Shown here: piece after piece, positions 1 through 12,873 of the stretch | How positions within the stretch are numbered: position 1 is the stretch's first letter | Layout: every line of letters starts with the position of its first letter | DNA from: an uncultured Chloroflexia bacterium | GTDB lineage: Bacteria > Chloroflexota > Dehalococcoidia > GIF9 > UBA5629 | Direction of reading: 5' to 3' | Assembly (NCBI GenBank): GCA_963754385.1 | Contig: CAVWGE010000001.1 | Location: 8,575-72,574, forward strand | Length of the DNA: 64,000 nt | Notes under the pieces: model-generated | Told to the model about the DNA's origin: nothing | Databases searched by the model: none | What the model saw: the letters and a program-made list of their open reading frames with translations, nothing else | Position numbers and translations under genes: made by a program

Positions 1-2266
<2,266 letters not shown>

Positions 2267-2329
2267 TCAGGCTGAGCACAAAACTATTCACTAGCCCGCA
2301 GAAATCGCAGGTTTTTGCGGGTTTAGCGT

Positions 2330-2404
<75 letters not shown>

Positions 2405-2459
2405 ATTTTTAAAGCTAAAAAGCCCCCAAATCTTTAACAGAGACCGGGAGCTTTTTCAT

Positions 2460-2481
2460 TTTTGCTAATAATTTGCTAATA
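2460..2481 (+). repeat. 22-bp arm-type repeat (ttttgctaataatttgctaata) inside the island, next to attL
   Basis: Identical 22-mer at 24607..24628. It is itself a tandem of tttgctaata and is a candidate integrase arm-binding site. Confidence 0.6.
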
Positions 2482-3654
2482 ATGATTTTCTACCGCTGCT
2501 TTTTCACGCATGGGTAACACCATTTTGTCAAAGCCCGCAGCAGCAGCTTCTTGAAGTCCGGGGACTACATGGCTATAGGTATCAAGCGTTATCTGTATGC
2601 TGGCATGGCCTAATCGCTCCTGGACTATCTTTGGGTGTACGCCCTGCTTAAGCATCAGGGAAGCGTGGGTATGCCGGGCATCATGCAAGCGGAGTCCCTT
2701 TAAGCCAGCCCGCCTCGCCAGCTTGACCCAGGCGTGAGTAACAGTATCCGGTAGAAGTGGCTTACCTACAAGGTCACTGAATATCAGGTCATCGTCTTTT
2801 AACGGTATCCCCAGGCTTGCCCGTGTAGCTGCTTGCTTTTCCTTATGCTCTTGCAATAGCCGGGCTGCTGAAGGGGACAGGGATACCAAACGGCGTCCTT
2901 TAGCCGTTTTGGGTGATCTGAAGACAATCTCACCAGTTCGCAGGTGGTGAAGGGTGCGAGTAACGTGTGCCTGGCATAATAGCAAATCCACGTCACACCA
3001 CCTTAAGGCCAGTAATTCGCTTCGCCTCATTCCCGTGAAAAGCGCTTGATAAAACAAGACGTAGTAAGGCGTCCTTTTAGCAACTTCAAGAAACGTGCTA
3101 ATATCAAATTCACTTAAAGTATGCCACTGGGGGCGCTGATAACGGGGTGGGCTGACCGCATCTGCAACATTGCGGTTTAATAACCCCATTTTAACGGCGT
3201 GCTCAAGGGCGTCATGTAACGTCACGTGGTGGTGTCTTACCGTCCGGGGGCTTAACGCTCCCTTACCGTCACAGCGGCCGCCTGATAGCTTTTCAGAGTA
3301 ATAACGCTGTAACTGCTCTGGCTTTAGCTGCGTTAGTGGCATATTACCCAGGGATGGGATAAGGTGACGCCGTATGATATGCTCATAGCCTTCAGCTGTC
3401 CTAGGGGCAAGGTTAGGCCAAGCGTAGTCTTTAAGCCACTGTTCAAGATATTCCGCTAAGGTTGTCTTGCTCGGCTTCATGAAAGTGCCATTATCGAGCT
3501 GGTGTAATAATTCGGCAAGCCGCTTTTCAGCGTCTTTCTTGGTGCCTTTGATGCTGACCCATTGGTATTTATATTTGCTAGTAGTAGCATCCTTCCCCAA
3601 GCTTATCGCAATACTATAGCTATTCTTACTTCTCTTTACTATGTGACCTCGCAT
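2476..3654 (-). CDS. int: Tyrosine-type site-specific integrase (phage integrase family)
   Basis: 392 aa. The C-terminal catalytic region carries the R..HxxR..Y pattern (..ARHTHAS..; LGHASIQITLDTYSHV). It sits immediately 3' of the tRNA in opposite orientation, the classic island layout. Confidence 0.85.
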   Translation of the reverse strand: MRGHIVKRSKNSYSIAISLGKDATTSKYKYQWVSIKGTKKDAEKRLAELLHQLDNGTFMKPSKTTLAEYLEQWLKDYAWPNLAPRTAEGYEHIIRRHLIPSLGNMPLTQLKPEQLQRYYSEKLSGGRCDGKGALSPRTVRHHHVTLHDALEHAVKMGLLNRNVADAVSPPRYQRPQWHTLSEFDISTFLEVAKRTPYYVLFYQALFTGMRRSELLALRWCDVDLLLCQAHVTRTLHHLRTGEIVFRSPKTAKGRRLVSLSPSAARLLQEHKEKQAATRASLGIPLKDDDLIFSDLVGKPLLPDTVTHAWVKLARRAGLKGLRLHDARHTHASLMLKQGVHPKIVQERLGHASIQITLDTYSHVVPGLQEAAAAGFDKMVLPMREKAAVENHY

Positions 3655-4579
3655 TTTTTGTCTCCTCCTGTTTTATTTCTGTTATTCCTATTTTTCTGAA
3701 AAGAGCTTCCGATGGCAATAGTCCTGCTCCAGTTTCCAGTTTGTCTTGATTCTCACGTATAAAATCCCTCAGGCGCTTAACCAGGATATCGCTTTGAACT
3801 TCAGTTAGTTTATGCCGTACCACCTCTTCAGCCAAGGCGTTCCAACAGACGACGTAGTAAAGCCGAGCAATACCATTACAATCAACGAGACTATCTACTC
3901 CTTTTCCGTAGAACTGTATGCGATTATGTCTTTCAGTATATTGCGCCAAGCCAGTTTTAACATCATTTGAAATTAATCCAGGCGGCACTTGCGCTAACCA
4001 CTTTATGAATTCTAAAGACACATTGCTATCAAGAATGCTTATAAAAAATCCGGTATCTAACTCAGAACTATCAAAGTTAAGACCACTTAACTCACATACC
4101 TGCTCACGCAGGGCGAAAGCCCGCGCCCACGACAGAAGTTGACCGTCGTCATTTTTGCCGTCCCTAAAAAAGGGTAGACCGGACAGCCGCACAATCCATC
4201 TCGCCTGACGTATGGTAAGACGCTGCCCTTGCCCCTGCAATCCAAAATCTAGCGCCATAACGAGGGGCACGAGGTCAGGCGGTATTTCATTTTCCATCAA
4301 AGAACCCAGGGACCAAGGATTGTCTAAATGGGAAGGACTATGCTTCACCTTCTTCAGATATTTTTGAACTGTACTTAGCCCGGGCAGGAGTACTTCGTCA
4401 ACTTCATTGTAAATTTCTTTGTCTGTCCATTCAGGATGATTCTTTTTGGTTTGGTTGGCGAGGTATGACCTAAGTTCGCCACGAATCTGCCCCGCCGTCC
4501 AGCTGGGGTGCTCATTTTTAATGCGGACTACCTCATCCAGAACATTTTTAGTAAGTTTTTCAGGTCTGCCTCTTCGCAT
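3626..4579 (-). CDS. Hypothetical island protein (HTH-like N-terminus)
   Basis: 317-aa ORF directly upstream of int on the same strand. No recognisable catalytic motifs. Confidence 0.4.
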   Translation of the reverse strand: MRRGRPEKLTKNVLDEVVRIKNEHPSWTAGQIRGELRSYLANQTKKNHPEWTDKEIYNEVDEVLLPGLSTVQKYLKKVKHSPSHLDNPWSLGSLMENEIPPDLVPLVMALDFGLQGQGQRLTIRQARWIVRLSGLPFFRDGKNDDGQLLSWARAFALREQVCELSGLNFDSSELDTGFFISILDSNVSLEFIKWLAQVPPGLISNDVKTGLAQYTERHNRIQFYGKGVDSLVDCNGIARLYYVVCWNALAEEVVRHKLTEVQSDILVKRLRDFIRENQDKLETGAGLLPSEALFRKIGITEIKQEETKNARSHSKEK

Positions 4580-4756
4580 CTTGTTTTTCCGTTTTTAAAT
4601 CCGCTGGATTATTTTAGATTCAAATACGTGATCTATAGCCGAATTAATTGACAGATATATTATTATCTGTTATACCTCAAATATATTGAGTGTGCAATCT
4701 TATTATTTTAAGTGTAAAGCAGAATAATAGAAATGTCAAGGCGATGGAGATAAAAA

Positions 4757-4981
4757 ATGAGCAGTGAAGAAAAAATTGAAAAGATTGTTTTGACGGTTGA
4801 AGAAGCCGGACGATTACTGGGTCTCAGTCGCCCCACGGCCTATCAAGCAGTGGCGACCGGCCAAATCCCCAGCATCCGCGTTGGCCGTCGCATCTTGGTG
4901 CCAGTTGCTGCCCTCTCCAAACTATTGGAAAGCGCAGGTCCGTCTCTGCAACAGTTATTAATACACGGTATAAAATGTTAA
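4757..4981 (+). CDS. xis: Excisionase-family helix-turn-helix DNA-binding protein
   Basis: 74 aa. 'LTVEEAGRLLGLSRPTAYQAVATGQIPSIRVGRRILV' is the HTH_17 excisionase signature. AT-rich promoter region upstream. Confidence 0.7.
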   Translation: MSSEEKIEKIVLTVEEAGRLLGLSRPTAYQAVATGQIPSIRVGRRILVPVAALSKLLESAGPSLQQLLIHGIKC

Positions 4982-5078
4982 GTTGGTCTTTCTCCAGTGA
5001 TTGGACTATCCACTTGAAACCTTTCAAACGATACTAAGGTAATGCCTCTCTGACACAATTTTTGGGCGAGCTGTTGTA

Positions 5079-5699
5079 TTAAGCAGAGTATCTGCTTTTT
5101 CTGATGATCAGTACCCAGACTTGCATATCAAAAGATAAGCTGAGAAATATAGACTTTTGGGGTGCTGTAGATCTGTTTACCTGCTCTTCTGCCTCACAAA
5201 GGGTATCCTTAAGCTTATTTGATAACGGTGTGAGGTTATCCTTTGCCCGTGCCGAGGTGCCCTGTCGGGTTGCATAATAACCCCTATCCTCATCAGACGT
5301 GCGGATTTTCTTGCACTCCATAGCTGCTATTTCTTGGCCCGAGCCGTCTTTCACTAGCAGGTCAGGAGTTCCCAACGTTAGGAAAGGCGTATATTGTGGG
5401 TACCCCTCCTTTAACCATCCTCACCCAAGCAGCTCTACCAGAGTCTCCAAGAGTTGGTCATCATATTCTCGTTTATAGTTTTGTGTATGCAAAGGAATTA
5501 TTTTATCGAACCTCTGCTTGAGCTTCAATCGTTCCGCCTCTGGCATTTTGCCAACAATATTGTCTGATTTCTCAAGGAGCTGTTTAGTCTCATTATTCAG
5601 GCTTTGTTTAGCGTTGAATATCCAAGCGCTACCGCGACAGCCCAACTTTGTAGTCTTTTCTTCAAAACCGCTCGTTACTCGGCTCAGGTTACCGCACAT
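5079..5699 (-). pseudogene. Two adjacent short ORFs (5421..5699 and 5079..5375). Possibly a disrupted PD-(D/E)xK nuclease gene.
   Basis: The C-terminal piece has D...E-x-K spacing (KDGSGQEIAAMECKK). The two pieces sit in different frames 45 nt apart, next to a truncated methyltransferase. Confidence 0.25.
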
Positions 5700-6085
5700 T
5701 TCACTGATATTTTACCATTCTTGAGAGCGATAAAACACGCTGAAACAAGAGAAAAAAAGGAGGTTTAGAAATATACTTTCAATTCCAATTCGCAGCCCAA
5801 ATTGGAAGGATATCGAACTCCTATTTTAGAAGAAACACCTTATCCCTGCTCTGCAGCAACTACTTTTTGCCTATCCGTGGATTACAACATGAGTTTATCA
5901 TCCACGTGGTACTCCGTGGTATAGTAAAAATCCAACTCTATCTTACTCTAACTTTCAATCCAGTCATTGCATGTCCCTTCTGTTACGTTTAAAATAAGGA
6001 GGCCTGTACTGGAAATTCTTAAAGATAACCGCGTAGGGCTGTTTCCTCCTTTGTGGGGGTCAAACAGCCCGCTTCCATAATATCA

Positions 6086-6799
6086 TTAATCGTACTCTTG
6101 GTCGAGTTCGGCAACAGTACCTGCTGACCCTATACATTTAATGAAGTCGCTAGACGTCGTTACCCATCCAAAGAGCATTGAAACGTTCCAAATGGTTGCT
6201 TCTTGGGTAGAGTCAGGCCCAGCATTTCCACATCCATCACTTATTAGTATAGGGAAGTATTCGTTAAAATATGCATCCCTGAGCGTTGACTCGACACAGA
6301 CATTTGTAGCAATTCCAAGAAATACTAAGTATTTGATGTTGTACGTACGCAGGATGGTATTAAGTTCAGTGTTTGCGAATCCACTGTATCTATTTTTGTC
6401 AACCACTATGTCTCCTGGTTCAGGCTTAAGTTCATCTACTATCTCCCAGTCCCAACTACCAATAGTTATGAACTTACCCTTCCACTCTGGCTTATTACGC
6501 ATTGCCACCAATCCTAGCTCTTTCCAATAGTTTGGCGATTCTGGCCCCCCGGCATTAGCAAGGTTGGGTCTGTAGGACATCCTAAGGTAAACGATTTTTA
6601 TACCTGCATTTCGGGCTGCCTCAATGACTTTCTTATTAATCTTAATGACACGACCCACCTTCACCTCATCAAACCCCAAAAGAATATCAAACATCCCTTC
6701 TTTACTACAAAAGGCATTTTGCATGTCAACGACGATTACGGCAGTCCTCTTAGCGTCTATCCTAACTGATTCTGGCTCTGCTGGAACAACCAATTTCAT
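6086..6799 (-). CDS. Isochorismatase-family cysteine hydrolase
   Basis: 237 aa with the D-K-C triad context (VIVVDMQNAF ... GIATNVCVEST). Confidence 0.7.
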   Translation of the reverse strand: MKLVVPAEPESVRIDAKRTAVIVVDMQNAFCSKEGMFDILLGFDEVKVGRVIKINKKVIEAARNAGIKIVYLRMSYRPNLANAGGPESPNYWKELGLVAMRNKPEWKGKFITIGSWDWEIVDELKPEPGDIVVDKNRYSGFANTELNTILRTYNIKYLVFLGIATNVCVESTLRDAYFNEYFPILISDGCGNAGPDSTQEATIWNVSMLFGWVTTSSDFIKCIGSAGTVAELDQEYD

Positions 6800-6824
6800 G
6801 ACTACTCACCCCCTTTGAAAGTAA

Positions 6825-7478
6825 CTAGCTGTTGTAATTAATTAGTTTCCCAAAAATTTTAACGGAATCCTGCAAGATGGAGAACGGGCTTGCGATGCCT
6901 TGCCCGTTTCTGGTTACCCTTGCATCTATCTTGGCAGCGACCAGTATATAGCGACAACGCTTCTGGGGTACACCGTACATAGAAGCATCAATCAGACCGG
7001 TATATACCCTGTACCCCAAGTTCTCGAGCGCCGTGGTGATCTCGTCTGCAACCGTCACTTTGCTCCCACCCATATCGCCATGTATTTGTTCTCTACCGTC
7101 GAAGGGCACTGCAATCCCGCGAACGTTTTCCAGTAACACGAGCACAGGTGAGAGCAACTCGACGAGACGGATGTAGTGGCTAAAAAGCTGGTTTCTCTCG
7201 TCACTACTGTCTCTCCTTCCCACAAATGAGAATCCTTGGCAAGGTGGCCTTCCAACGATCATCGTGACATTCCCTTTGAGACTCTCGATTTCACACCTGT
7301 AATCTTCGTCGAACGCCGTGACATCGCCATTTTTGGTGACTATGAATTCAGCCTCGCATTTAGTGAAAACATACCTTTTATCTATTTCGTTTGCCACTGT
7401 TACTGCTCTTTTTCTCTGATTTACTTGTGAACCCTTGTTCCTGTTCGATCCAACAAACATTAGTAATCGTGGAAGCAA
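6825..7478 (-). pseudogene. Truncated DNA (cytosine-5)-methyltransferase fragment
   Basis: Contains motif IV (GRPPCQGFS), motif VI (ENV) and motif VIII (QKRCRY). It lacks motif I (FxGxGG, AdoMet binding), the target-recognition domain and motifs IX and X. The N-terminal 70 aa are unrelated. Confidence 0.6.
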
Positions 7479-7502
7479 ATACCAACACCTGTAACATAAG
7501 TG

Positions 7503-9185
7503 TCAAATGTTTCCTTCGGCTTTTAGTATTGCCGAGATCTTTTCTCTTAGGCTTTTCTTTTCAAACTTGCCAACCTTAGTCACGGGTAACTCATTTATAA
7601 ACTCCAATCGCTCAGGTAGTTTGAACTTCGCAACCCTTCGCTCCTCCAGAAGGAAGCGGTTTAGCTCATCAAGTGTAAAGGTTTCGCCAAGCTGTGGTAC
7701 TATAAATGCACAGATACGTTCTCCCATCTCCTTATCTGGCATGCCTACCACAGCCACCATCTTAACTTTAGGGAACTTCTGTATGTGGCTCTCTACTTCT
7801 TCAGCATTGATCTTTTCCACTCCACGGCTAATGCAATCCTTAAGGCGTCCCGCTACGATGTAATTACCACTCTCGTCTTTCCGAACTAGATCACCGGTAC
7901 GATAGTATCCTTCCGCAGTAAAGACCTCCTTATTGCGCTCCGGGGCTTTGTAATAACCACGGATAGTATAAGGGCCTCTGCACAATAATTCCCCAACCTC
8001 CCCAACCGGTACCTCTTTTTCGGTGTTGGGGTCTACAATTTTGACATCATCAGCTTCAGATATAGGTCGACCCTGCGTTTGTATCTTTATTTCTAATGGA
8101 TCGGATAGTCTGGTCCAATTCATCAACCCCTCCGCCATACCGTAGGTCTGATTGGTATCGCAGTGAAAGATCTCCCTGAATTTCATTTGTATTTCGGGGT
8201 CGACAGCGTTCCCTCCCCACAGAAGTTGCTTAAAGGAACCTAGGTCATACTTCAGGCGTGCTTCCTGCGGCACACCCAGTAATCGGTGCATTACAATTGG
8301 GACTGTAACCATAGTATCGGCCGCATTATCCGCAATTGCCTGAAGTAGGGCTTCAGGTGCGAACGAAGGAGTTATTACTGCAGCACCACCTCTAGAGTGT
8401 ACGGCCAGCAGACCACCAACCAGAGGTAAGTTATGCATTAGTGGCATAGCTATGAGGAGTCGGGTATTTTCGTTAAGGTCTGTGGCAATAGCGGAACATT
8501 TGGAATTATAGTAGTAGTCATTATGAGTACGAGGGATGATTTTTGGTACATCGGTCGTTCCCCCAGATAATTGGAAAAATGCAGGTTGCATAGGGTCTGG
8601 ACGATAACGCACTAACCCTGTCCTGGCAGCATTCAGGTCTATATCGCTTGCTAAAATATCATTAATGGACATCATATTGGGGAACTCAGGCTTTCCCATT
8701 GTCAAGATGAATTCCAAACTTGGTGTGGCCTTTCTAACTTCATCAGCAAATGCCTCGTAATCGAAGTCTTTGACTTGGCCAGCGGGAATGATATGAATCC
8801 GTGCTCCGGTCTCCTTTGCAAGGAAGCTTATCTCCGCCCACCGATGTGTAGGTAGAGAACAAATTGGAATAGCGCCGATCTTCATGCAGGCATAGACCAT
8901 GTATACCAGCTCAGGCGTATTAAAAAGTTGCATAATTACACGATCATAAGTTTTGACACCCGAACGAGCCATGTAATAAGCTAACCGTGTGGCATACTCA
9001 TCCATTTGGCGGTAGGTGCTCTCTTTCCCTTGATAGACCAAAGCAGGACGATCTCCATACAATTCAACCCATCGACCAAGGATTTCCCCGAAAGTAAAAT
9101 CTTCCCAGTAGCCCTCACTTTTATACCTCTTCACATATTCATCTGGCCATAGCACAAATCCCTCTAATAATCTGTCTTTCACCAT
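7503..9185 (-). CDS. Aryl-acid adenylating enzyme / aryl-CoA ligase (EntE/DhbE-like AMP-dependent synthetase)
   Basis: 560 aa. Has the AMP-binding core (LSGGTTDVPKIIPRTH; YRTGDLVR; GRLKD.I.RGVEKI). The N-terminus resembles 2,3-dihydroxybenzoate-AMP ligases. Confidence 0.75.
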   Translation of the reverse strand: MVKDRLLEGFVLWPDEYVKRYKSEGYWEDFTFGEILGRWVELYGDRPALVYQGKESTYRQMDEYATRLAYYMARSGVKTYDRVIMQLFNTPELVYMVYACMKIGAIPICSLPTHRWAEISFLAKETGARIHIIPAGQVKDFDYEAFADEVRKATPSLEFILTMGKPEFPNMMSINDILASDIDLNAARTGLVRYRPDPMQPAFFQLSGGTTDVPKIIPRTHNDYYYNSKCSAIATDLNENTRLLIAMPLMHNLPLVGGLLAVHSRGGAAVITPSFAPEALLQAIADNAADTMVTVPIVMHRLLGVPQEARLKYDLGSFKQLLWGGNAVDPEIQMKFREIFHCDTNQTYGMAEGLMNWTRLSDPLEIKIQTQGRPISEADDVKIVDPNTEKEVPVGEVGELLCRGPYTIRGYYKAPERNKEVFTAEGYYRTGDLVRKDESGNYIVAGRLKDCISRGVEKINAEEVESHIQKFPKVKMVAVVGMPDKEMGERICAFIVPQLGETFTLDELNRFLLEERRVAKFKLPERLEFINELPVTKVGKFEKKSLREKISAILKAEGNI

Positions 9186-9266
9186 CTTTCACTCCCTTGC
9201 ACTAAGTAAGGCATTTGATTATGCCCGACGAGTTTACCAATTTTTTGATTTGGTATATTCACAAAT

Positions 9267-10565
9267 TTAAATGACATTTGCCGCTTTAAGAATGGCTAGC
9301 TTCTCTTTGGTGAACCCCAACTCATTCTTATAAATTTCAAGATTGTGCTCCCCAATGAGAGGTGCTCGCTTGAATAGCTCCCATGGTGTCTGCGAAAAGC
9401 GGTAGGGTGGGCCAGGATATTTAAGGCTATCCTTAAGCTCGGGATGTTCAACATCTACGAAATAGTTACGTGCTTTTAAGCCTATATCTTCCACCACATC
9501 TTTGGCATCATTAACGGGCATAAGCCTAACTCTTCGCGTCTGTGCTCCGACGAACAGTTCTTCTTTGGTGTGTGTCATCAGAAACGCTTCCCATATCTCT
9601 TCAATGTGGCGCACCTCCGCAACATAGCTCTGGAGGCTCCTTTTCGTTTTATTCAGGTCTACATCTTTCGTTGATTTGGTCTTCCCATATGGAAACCCAC
9701 CCATCATGAGGGTTATAACGTGGTCGTATTTGCCGCTTTTCAAATCGCCTGCCATCCCCTCGCTATCCATCCACTCAATCATAGTCTCTGCCCCAGCGCC
9801 ACCCAGAGCACTGCACACGATTCGCCCATCCTTACAACGGAAGATGTCCCTCAGTCCCCGGTAGACCTCAAACCCGGTCCTTTTACGGTTAGACTTTACC
9901 AGCCAGTAGGTAAACGGGGCCATTTCGGAAAGCCTCAAACAGGTGCCTTGTATGGGTACATCAACCCACTGACCTTTACCAGTCTTGTCCCGATGCTGCA
10001 GGGCTATAAGGGCTCCTATAGCCGCACTCGCCGAGGCCATGTGATAGGCTTGAGAAGCTCCCAAAGTGGTAGGCGGGTCATCGGGGAAACCCATGGTATA
10101 TAACAACCCACATGTAGCTAGGCCGATTAAGTCCGATGACTCATATTCGCGGTAAGGCCCCGTCTGCCCGAAACCGGTTATTGATACCAGAATCAAAAGG
10201 GGATTAATCTTCTTTAGTGCAGGATAACCTAAACCCATTCTTGCCAGATAGCCCGGTTTAAAAGTCTCCACCATTATGTCTGCAGTTGTGACCAGTTCTT
10301 TTAATATTTCCCGTCCATCTTTAGCCTCAATGTTTAGTGTGATGCTCCTCTTGTTGGTATTGTACTGAAAGAAATAGAGGGATTTCTCCGGATGAGGAAC
10401 ATCTTTATAAAATGGACCGATGTTCCGGGTCGGGTCACCTCCTGGTGGCTCGATCTTAATCACATCTGTCCCCAGGTCAGCCAGCACTTTCGTGCAGTAG
10501 ACACCACTAGGACCAGCTAAATCAAGTACTCTTAAATCCCCTAACGCTCTATTCGACTTATTCAT
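9267..10565 (-). CDS. Family III CoA-transferase (CaiB/BaiF family), subunit 1
   Basis: 432 aa. N-terminal 'LRVLDLAGPSGVYCTKVLADLGTDVIKIEPPGGD' is the family-III signature. Confidence 0.75.
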   Translation of the reverse strand: MNKSNRALGDLRVLDLAGPSGVYCTKVLADLGTDVIKIEPPGGDPTRNIGPFYKDVPHPEKSLYFFQYNTNKRSITLNIEAKDGREILKELVTTADIMVETFKPGYLARMGLGYPALKKINPLLILVSITGFGQTGPYREYESSDLIGLATCGLLYTMGFPDDPPTTLGASQAYHMASASAAIGALIALQHRDKTGKGQWVDVPIQGTCLRLSEMAPFTYWLVKSNRKRTGFEVYRGLRDIFRCKDGRIVCSALGGAGAETMIEWMDSEGMAGDLKSGKYDHVITLMMGGFPYGKTKSTKDVDLNKTKRSLQSYVAEVRHIEEIWEAFLMTHTKEELFVGAQTRRVRLMPVNDAKDVVEDIGLKARNYFVDVEHPELKDSLKYPGPPYRFSQTPWELFKRAPLIGEHNLEIYKNELGFTKEKLAILKAANVI

Positions 10566-10605
10566 CGCACACTCTACTATTGCGACTCAAAAACTGTCAA
10601 GAATC

Positions 10606-11838
10606 TCAGTCAAAAGCTCCGGCCACGTAACATTCGTTTATCTCATCCTCGGACATACTGAGAATTTCTTTAAAAACATATTCGTTATCTTGCCCTATTG
10701 AGGAAGGGCCGGGCTTACGGACGGCTCCGGGAGTTTTGGAAAGCCCTATGGTGATATTTTCACAAAATGCCTTCCCCTCTGGATGGTCAAGCTCCTTATA
10801 GTATTGCCGTGCTTTAACCTGTTCATCATGATATAGTATGTCTTCACCAGTTTCAACCACGCCAGTAGCTACACCCCTAGCTTGCAATGACTTCATTATT
10901 TCTTCAGGCGTTTTACTAATTGTCCATTCTTGGATAAGGCTATCCAGTTCATCCTCATTCTCTTTGCGTCGCACTAAAGTTGCAAATCTTGCTTCTGTAG
11001 TCCAGGATGGATTACCTATGACCTGAGCAAATGATGCCCACTGCTCCTCATTAAAAACGGCAATAGCACACCAACGGTCATCCCCTTTGCAGCGATAAAC
11101 CCCGTGAGGGGCAGCATATGGTAGGCGATTGCCCTGTGGCTTACGTATACGCTTATTGACGGTGTAGTCCAAAATCGTGGTTTCCATGCAGCATAAGCAA
11201 CTTTCAAACTGCGATAGCTCTATATACTGCCCTTTGCCAGTCATGTTCCTATAATGGAGAGCAGCCAGGACTGCAATAGTAGCGTGGGTTGGATTAGGTC
11301 CCATATCAGGCAAAGCAATATTTATTCCGGGTGGGCGATTTGGAAACCCAGATATGCTATTCAGCCCTACGGCGGATTGGATACCAGTCCCATAACCAGA
11401 GAATTTACTACGGGGTCCGGTTTTCCCGAATACAGGCATGGTAATTGCGATGATGTCAGGTTTTACTTTTACCAGTTCTTCGTAGCCTAACCCAATCTCG
11501 TCCATGTAGCCAGCGGAAAAGTTGTCACAGACTATATCACTTACTGAGACTAACTTCTTAGCAATCTCAATTCCTTTGGGATTTCTCAAGTTAAGGCTAA
11601 TACTGAGCTTACCGCAGTTAAAGTTGGTGAACAGAGCACCTCGACGTACCTTGCCTTCAAAGGTCTTCGGGTCGCCCGGGGCGTTTCTGGCCCAGTCTAT
11701 TCTCTTTGTGCTCTCTATTTTAACTACTTCTGCCCCATAGTCAGCAAAGTATCGACCCACCCAGGGGCCCGCCTGCACCCAGCTGAAATCAGCAAATCTT
11801 ATTCCCTCAAGGGGCATTCTCTTTTGCTTGGGAACCAT
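10606..11838 (-). CDS. Family III CoA-transferase, subunit 2
   Basis: 410 aa. 'GIRFADFSWVQAGPWVGRYFADYGAEVVKIES'. A paired arrangement as in two-subunit BbsEF- or PhtSab-type transferases. Confidence 0.75.
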   Translation of the reverse strand: MVPKQKRMPLEGIRFADFSWVQAGPWVGRYFADYGAEVVKIESTKRIDWARNAPGDPKTFEGKVRRGALFTNFNCGKLSISLNLRNPKGIEIAKKLVSVSDIVCDNFSAGYMDEIGLGYEELVKVKPDIIAITMPVFGKTGPRSKFSGYGTGIQSAVGLNSISGFPNRPPGINIALPDMGPNPTHATIAVLAALHYRNMTGKGQYIELSQFESCLCCMETTILDYTVNKRIRKPQGNRLPYAAPHGVYRCKGDDRWCAIAVFNEEQWASFAQVIGNPSWTTEARFATLVRRKENEDELDSLIQEWTISKTPEEIMKSLQARGVATGVVETGEDILYHDEQVKARQYYKELDHPEGKAFCENITIGLSKTPGAVRKPGPSSIGQDNEYVFKEILSMSEDEINECYVAGAFD

Positions 11839-11922
11839 CTTAGGGATACCTCAGTATTTGACCCTTACCAGTTCTTCTAATCAAAACGCCGACGCGTTCT
11901 AAAAGACCTGATAAAATATTAA

Positions 11923-12831
11923 TCATATAGGATTTGCCTTACGCCTTTCATAGCCGTATTTCTCAAAGGGTTTATCTCTAAAATCGAGGGCAGCTTTCAT
12001 ACCTTGTTCTTTCATAATGGTGTAGAATTCCTTCTCGCACTCGTTCGCAACTAGATGGACCAGAGTATTTACTTCTTCATTGTGCCAAATTTGTTCCCGT
12101 GCTCCCTTCAAGTTCATGCCAAACTTCAGGGACATTTTAACTATTTTTAAAATCTCCAAAGGCATCAGGGACATTATTTCTGCATACCGGATAGCTTCTG
12201 CCTCAACCCGATCATCCGGGACAACCTTGTTTATGGCCCCCAGCCGGTATAGTTCCTGAGCACTGATATTCCACCCACAGCAAAGAGTTTCGAAGGCTTT
12301 CCGGTAGCCAGTCCACATTTGGAGCATACCCCCGAAACCACCCGAAACGCGAGTAATTTCGAAGCCCATAAATGAGCTTTCACCCATGACGACAATATCA
12401 TGGAACATGACAAACATAGCACCTGCAGCAAGGGCCGCACCACGCACACCAGCTACGATAGGTTTGGATATTTCCCAAACGGGGTAGGCAAAAATGCGAG
12501 GGTCATTGACTCGTCTCCACTTTGGTTCTCCCCATTCCGCTTTTTCACCTGGTTTCCATTCCTGCTTTCTTGATAAGACGGCGACGTCATGGCCAGCAGA
12601 AAAATGTTCACCAGTAGCTAAACTCACGGCGACCTTGGCTTCATTATTTCTCTCGAACTTGTCAATAGCATCCAGAAATTCAGTCTGAAATTCTTTCCCC
12701 ATGGTGTTCCTTTTGTCAGGTTCGTTGTGAATGATTTTGGTTACCACACCCGGTTCATATATCAAAGTCTTATACTTATCGGCCATATCATTAACTCCAC
12801 TCATAAAAATTACGGAATAGCCCCCAGGCAA
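11923..12831 (-). CDS. Enoyl-CoA hydratase/isomerase (crotonase) family protein
   Basis: 302 aa. Crotonase-fold motifs (..NEPDKRNTMG.. FSAGHDV). Confidence 0.65.
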   Translation of the reverse strand: MPGGYSVIFMSGVNDMADKYKTLIYEPGVVTKIIHNEPDKRNTMGKEFQTEFLDAIDKFERNNEAKVAVSLATGEHFSAGHDVAVLSRKQEWKPGEKAEWGEPKWRRVNDPRIFAYPVWEISKPIVAGVRGAALAAGAMFVMFHDIVVMGESSFMGFEITRVSGGFGGMLQMWTGYRKAFETLCCGWNISAQELYRLGAINKVVPDDRVEAEAIRYAEIMSLMPLEILKIVKMSLKFGMNLKGAREQIWHNEEVNTLVHLVANECEKEFYTIMKEQGMKAALDFRDKPFEKYGYERRKANPI

Positions 12832-12873
12832 TTGGGTTATTCACTCATTCACCTGCAATATCCCGGCACTTAA

